A DNA stretch of 64,000 bases from Candidatus Poribacteria bacterium (GTDB lineage: Bacteria > Poribacteria > WGA-4E > PCPOR2b), in NCBI GenBank assembly GCA_965218095.1, contig OZ244587.1, positions 3,488,001 through 3,552,000 on the forward strand. Direction: 5' to 3'. Below the pieces are notes generated by a model that made no database searches, was not told the origin of the DNA, and saw nothing but the letters and a program-made list of their open reading frames with translations. Below, piece by piece: positions 61,594-64,000 of the stretch; positions within the stretch are counted from its first letter, which is position 1; each line of letters begins with the position of its first letter. Position numbers and translations under genes: made by a program.

Positions 61594-63267
61594 TTACTTC
61601 TCACCCACATGCTGTTTAACCTGCTCCGGGAAATACCTCATCAAGCTCTCAGTGATATTCGGGGCGGCCATCCCGAGGCCACAGGCGCTAGTCGCCTTCA
61701 TCACCCCCCCGATGTCGCTCACCTCGCCGATCCATGTCGCTAATTCCGTCGGACCCGCCCTCCCGGCGAGGCGTTCGGTGAGACGCTGCGTGCCAATGCG
61801 GCAGGGAAAGCACTTACCGCACGATTCTTCAGCGAAGAATTCCATCGCATTATGCGCCATTTCGATTATGTCCCGGCTGTCGTCGAAGGCCATAATTCCG
61901 GCAGCGCCAAGCATAGCACCCTTGCTTCCAATGCTGGGCTCGTCAAGTGTCACATTGAGGTCGTCTCCCGCGAGGAAACCGCCGGAGAGACCTGCCATCG
62001 TGACCGCCTGGATTGAACGCCCTTCCCGCGGACCACCCGCCCAGTGGTAGAGCAGCGTCTTCAAAGGGAGTCCAAATGGCACTTCGTAGTTGGCAGGTTT
62101 CTGGATGTCGCCCGAGAGACTGATGACCTTCGTGCCGGCATGACCGTTCAGTCCGAGACTGCGATACCAATCCGCACCGCGACGCATAATCTGCGGCGTG
62201 GAGACGAGGGTCTCGACGTTGTTGACTACGGTTGGGAGGTTCTCGTAGCCGTGGGTCACCGGATATGGCGGACGATTGCGCGGGAAGGGGTGCTTACCTT
62301 CCAAACTGTTCAGAAGTGAGCCTTCCTCGCCGCAGATATAAGCGCCAGCGCCACGTCGAAGGTGGACGTGAAATCTGAAATCCTTTCCGAGTATCTTTTC
62401 GCCGAGGAAGCCCGCTTCTGCTGCCTCGGCAATTGCGCGTTCGATAATGCTGAAGGTCTCAGGGTATTCGTAACGGAGGTAAACGAAGCCGCGCGTCGCG
62501 CCGGTGGCGTAGGCGGCGAGAATCATTCCCTCGATCACCGCGTGTGGGTCGTAATCGAGGATCGCGCGGTCTTTGAAGCAGCCAGGCTCGCCCTCGTCCG
62601 CGTTACAGACGATTGTCTTCGGCTCGCCGGGGGCTTCGGCAACTGCCTTCCATTTAAACCCTGTCGGGAAACCCGCCCCTCCGCGCCCGGTGAGCTTGCT
62701 CTCCGTGATGACCTCAATAACCTCGGTTGGGTGCATCTCCTGTACCGCCTGTGTAAGCCCCTCATACCCCCCGGTCCGGCGGTAGCCCGCAATACTGGCT
62801 CGACCGGGCTCGCGAATCGAAGCGAAGACACACTCCTCAATTCCGCCTGGATTCGGTGGAGGTAGGGGAGAGGGTTTGGCTTCGAGCGCATCCGGACTCG
62901 TGCCGATGAACACCGTGTGTCCTTTGAGGACAGGCACAAAATCGTCGCAGCGGCCTGCGCAGGGCATTGGCGTCGCGCCATCCGCCTTGAGCGCCTCAAG
63001 GATTTCCTTCCCACCTACCAGACAGCAAACGGGTCCCGTACAGACTCGGGGCACGCTTTGCCCCGGCGGTGTACGGGAGAAGTGGTGGTAGAAGGTGACA
63101 CTTCCGAAAAGGTCAGCCAGTGGAATTTTAAGCCCCACAGCCACGTCCCGGAGGGCTTCCTCCGAAATAAAACCATCTCGATCATGGAAGGCATGGAGCA
63201 AGGGAAGAAGCGGCGCCGGCTCGTTACACCAGCGGTCAATGAGTTCTTGATTCGTTGGGGTTGTCAT
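61594..63267 (-). CDS. NuoE-NuoF-like fusion (NADH-binding diaphorase subunit)
   Basis: N-terminal VTFYHHF...CTGPVC...CAGRC; GRGGAGFPTG, CNADEGEPG, GAGAYICGEE, ESCGKCFPCR...CGLG. Confidence 0.9.
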   Translation of the reverse strand: MTTPTNQELIDRWCNEPAPLLPLLHAFHDRDGFISEEALRDVAVGLKIPLADLFGSVTFYHHFSRTPPGQSVPRVCTGPVCCLVGGKEILEALKADGATPMPCAGRCDDFVPVLKGHTVFIGTSPDALEAKPSPLPPPNPGGIEECVFASIREPGRASIAGYRRTGGYEGLTQAVQEMHPTEVIEVITESKLTGRGGAGFPTGFKWKAVAEAPGEPKTIVCNADEGEPGCFKDRAILDYDPHAVIEGMILAAYATGATRGFVYLRYEYPETFSIIERAIAEAAEAGFLGEKILGKDFRFHVHLRRGAGAYICGEEGSLLNSLEGKHPFPRNRPPYPVTHGYENLPTVVNNVETLVSTPQIMRRGADWYRSLGLNGHAGTKVISLSGDIQKPANYEVPFGLPLKTLLYHWAGGPREGRSIQAVTMAGLSGGFLAGDDLNVTLDEPSIGSKGAMLGAAGIMAFDDSRDIIEMAHNAMEFFAEESCGKCFPCRIGTQRLTERLAGRAGPTELATWIGEVSDIGGVMKATSACGLGMAAPNITESLMRYFPEQVKQHVGEK

Positions 63268-63511
63268 TCTGCGCTCCGACCAGGGAAAAGATATAAATCA
63301 CCGCAATTAAACGTTGACAGCATCCGCTGTCAACCTGGTACTATCTTATCAATTTTTCAGCATCAGGTCAACAAAAATTTCCTTTTTGTCCTTTAATTTG
63401 CCTTCATTCGGTATGTTTCGATGTAGTCTGCGGATTCATGGGCACCAAAAACCCCGTGCGATATACACGGGGCTGGGAAGTATGTCAACAGACTATCTTA
63501 CTTGTTGTGTA

Positions 63512-64000
63512 TCAGTAAAGCCCGAGGTAATTGTTGGTCTCCCACTGGCTGATGCTCTGATGATAATCCCGCCACTCCTCGCGCTTGACTTGGAGGTAGT
63601 AGGGGGCATATTTGGGACCAAGCGCACCCCGGATAACCTCGTCAGCTTCCAGATGGTCGAGGGCTTGGCTGAGTGTTCGTGGCAAAACATCAATACCGCG
63701 CCGTTGCAATTCGTCTTGCGGAATTTCGTAGAGGTTATCGTTGTTGCGCTCCCCGGGGTCAATTTCGTTATCGATGCCATCGAGCCCGGCGGCGAGCGTC
63801 GCTGCCATAGCGAGGTAAGGATTGGCGGCGCCGTCCCCTGAACGATTTTCAATTCGCCCCGATCCAGGGATGCGAATCATCTGCGTCCGGTTGCCCCCGC
63901 CATAGGTCATATAAACCGGCGCCCATGTCGCCCCGGAGCGCGGCGCGCCGGAGATAAGACGTTTGTAGCTGTTGACGAGGGGATTGGTGACGGCAACCAG
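63512..64000 (-). CDS. Glutamine synthetase family protein (GlnT/GmaS-like), C-terminal part
   Basis: Frame is open to the window end: NPLVNSYKRL...SGATWAPVY...NRTQMIRIP...DGAANPYLA. Confidence 0.85.
   Translation of the reverse strand: MVAVTNPLVNSYKRLISGAPRSGATWAPVYMTYGGGNRTQMIRIPGSGRIENRSGDGAANPYLAMAATLAAGLDGIDNEIDPGERNNDNLYEIPQDELQRRGIDVLPRTLSQALDHLEADEVIRGALGPKYAPYYLQVKREEWRDYHQSISQWETNNYLGLY

Overview
Bacterial chromosomal window of roughly 50% GC by eye. Several PhyH dioxygenases, four Gfo/Idh/MocA oxidoreductases, many TPR proteins and dense intergenic palindromes are consistent with a Poribacteria-like symbiont, but this is inference only. 1-3.5 kb is the conserved tRNA(Thr,Tyr,Gly,Thr)-rpmG-tRNA(Trp)-secE-nusG-rplK-rplA-rplJ cluster, with no tuf. 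3.7-20.3 kb holds metabolic and transport genes, several remnants, a rhodanese-MoeB with in-frame TGA (probable selenoprotein) and a four-gene membrane operon of unknown function. 20.5-49.1 kb is a co-oriented defence-like island: a PLD-SNF2 helicase, two Type IIG/Eco57I-like methyltransferases with different specificity domains, six TPR proteins sharing one C-terminal cap but carrying TIR, FRG or no N-terminal domain, Doc, PIN, an ABC-ATPase-TOPRIM protein and three GxxExxY copies. Its genes are separated by a recurring linker: a ~19-bp copy of the methyltransferase 3' end (EIAIVE codons, containing GGAGG) plus a GTCTGAATC...GATTCAGAC palindromic element. The result looks like an integron-style cassette array with no attC sites and no integrase in the window. 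Two TPR proteins end in antitoxin-like tails and overlap toxin-like genes. 49.3-64 kb contains a second probable selenoprotein (redoxin), remnants, a TonB-dependent receptor region with a sigma54 promoter, a DgoD-like dehydratase, a NuoE/F-like fusion and a partial GlnT/GmaS-like gene. All family calls are by motif recognition; no searches were run.
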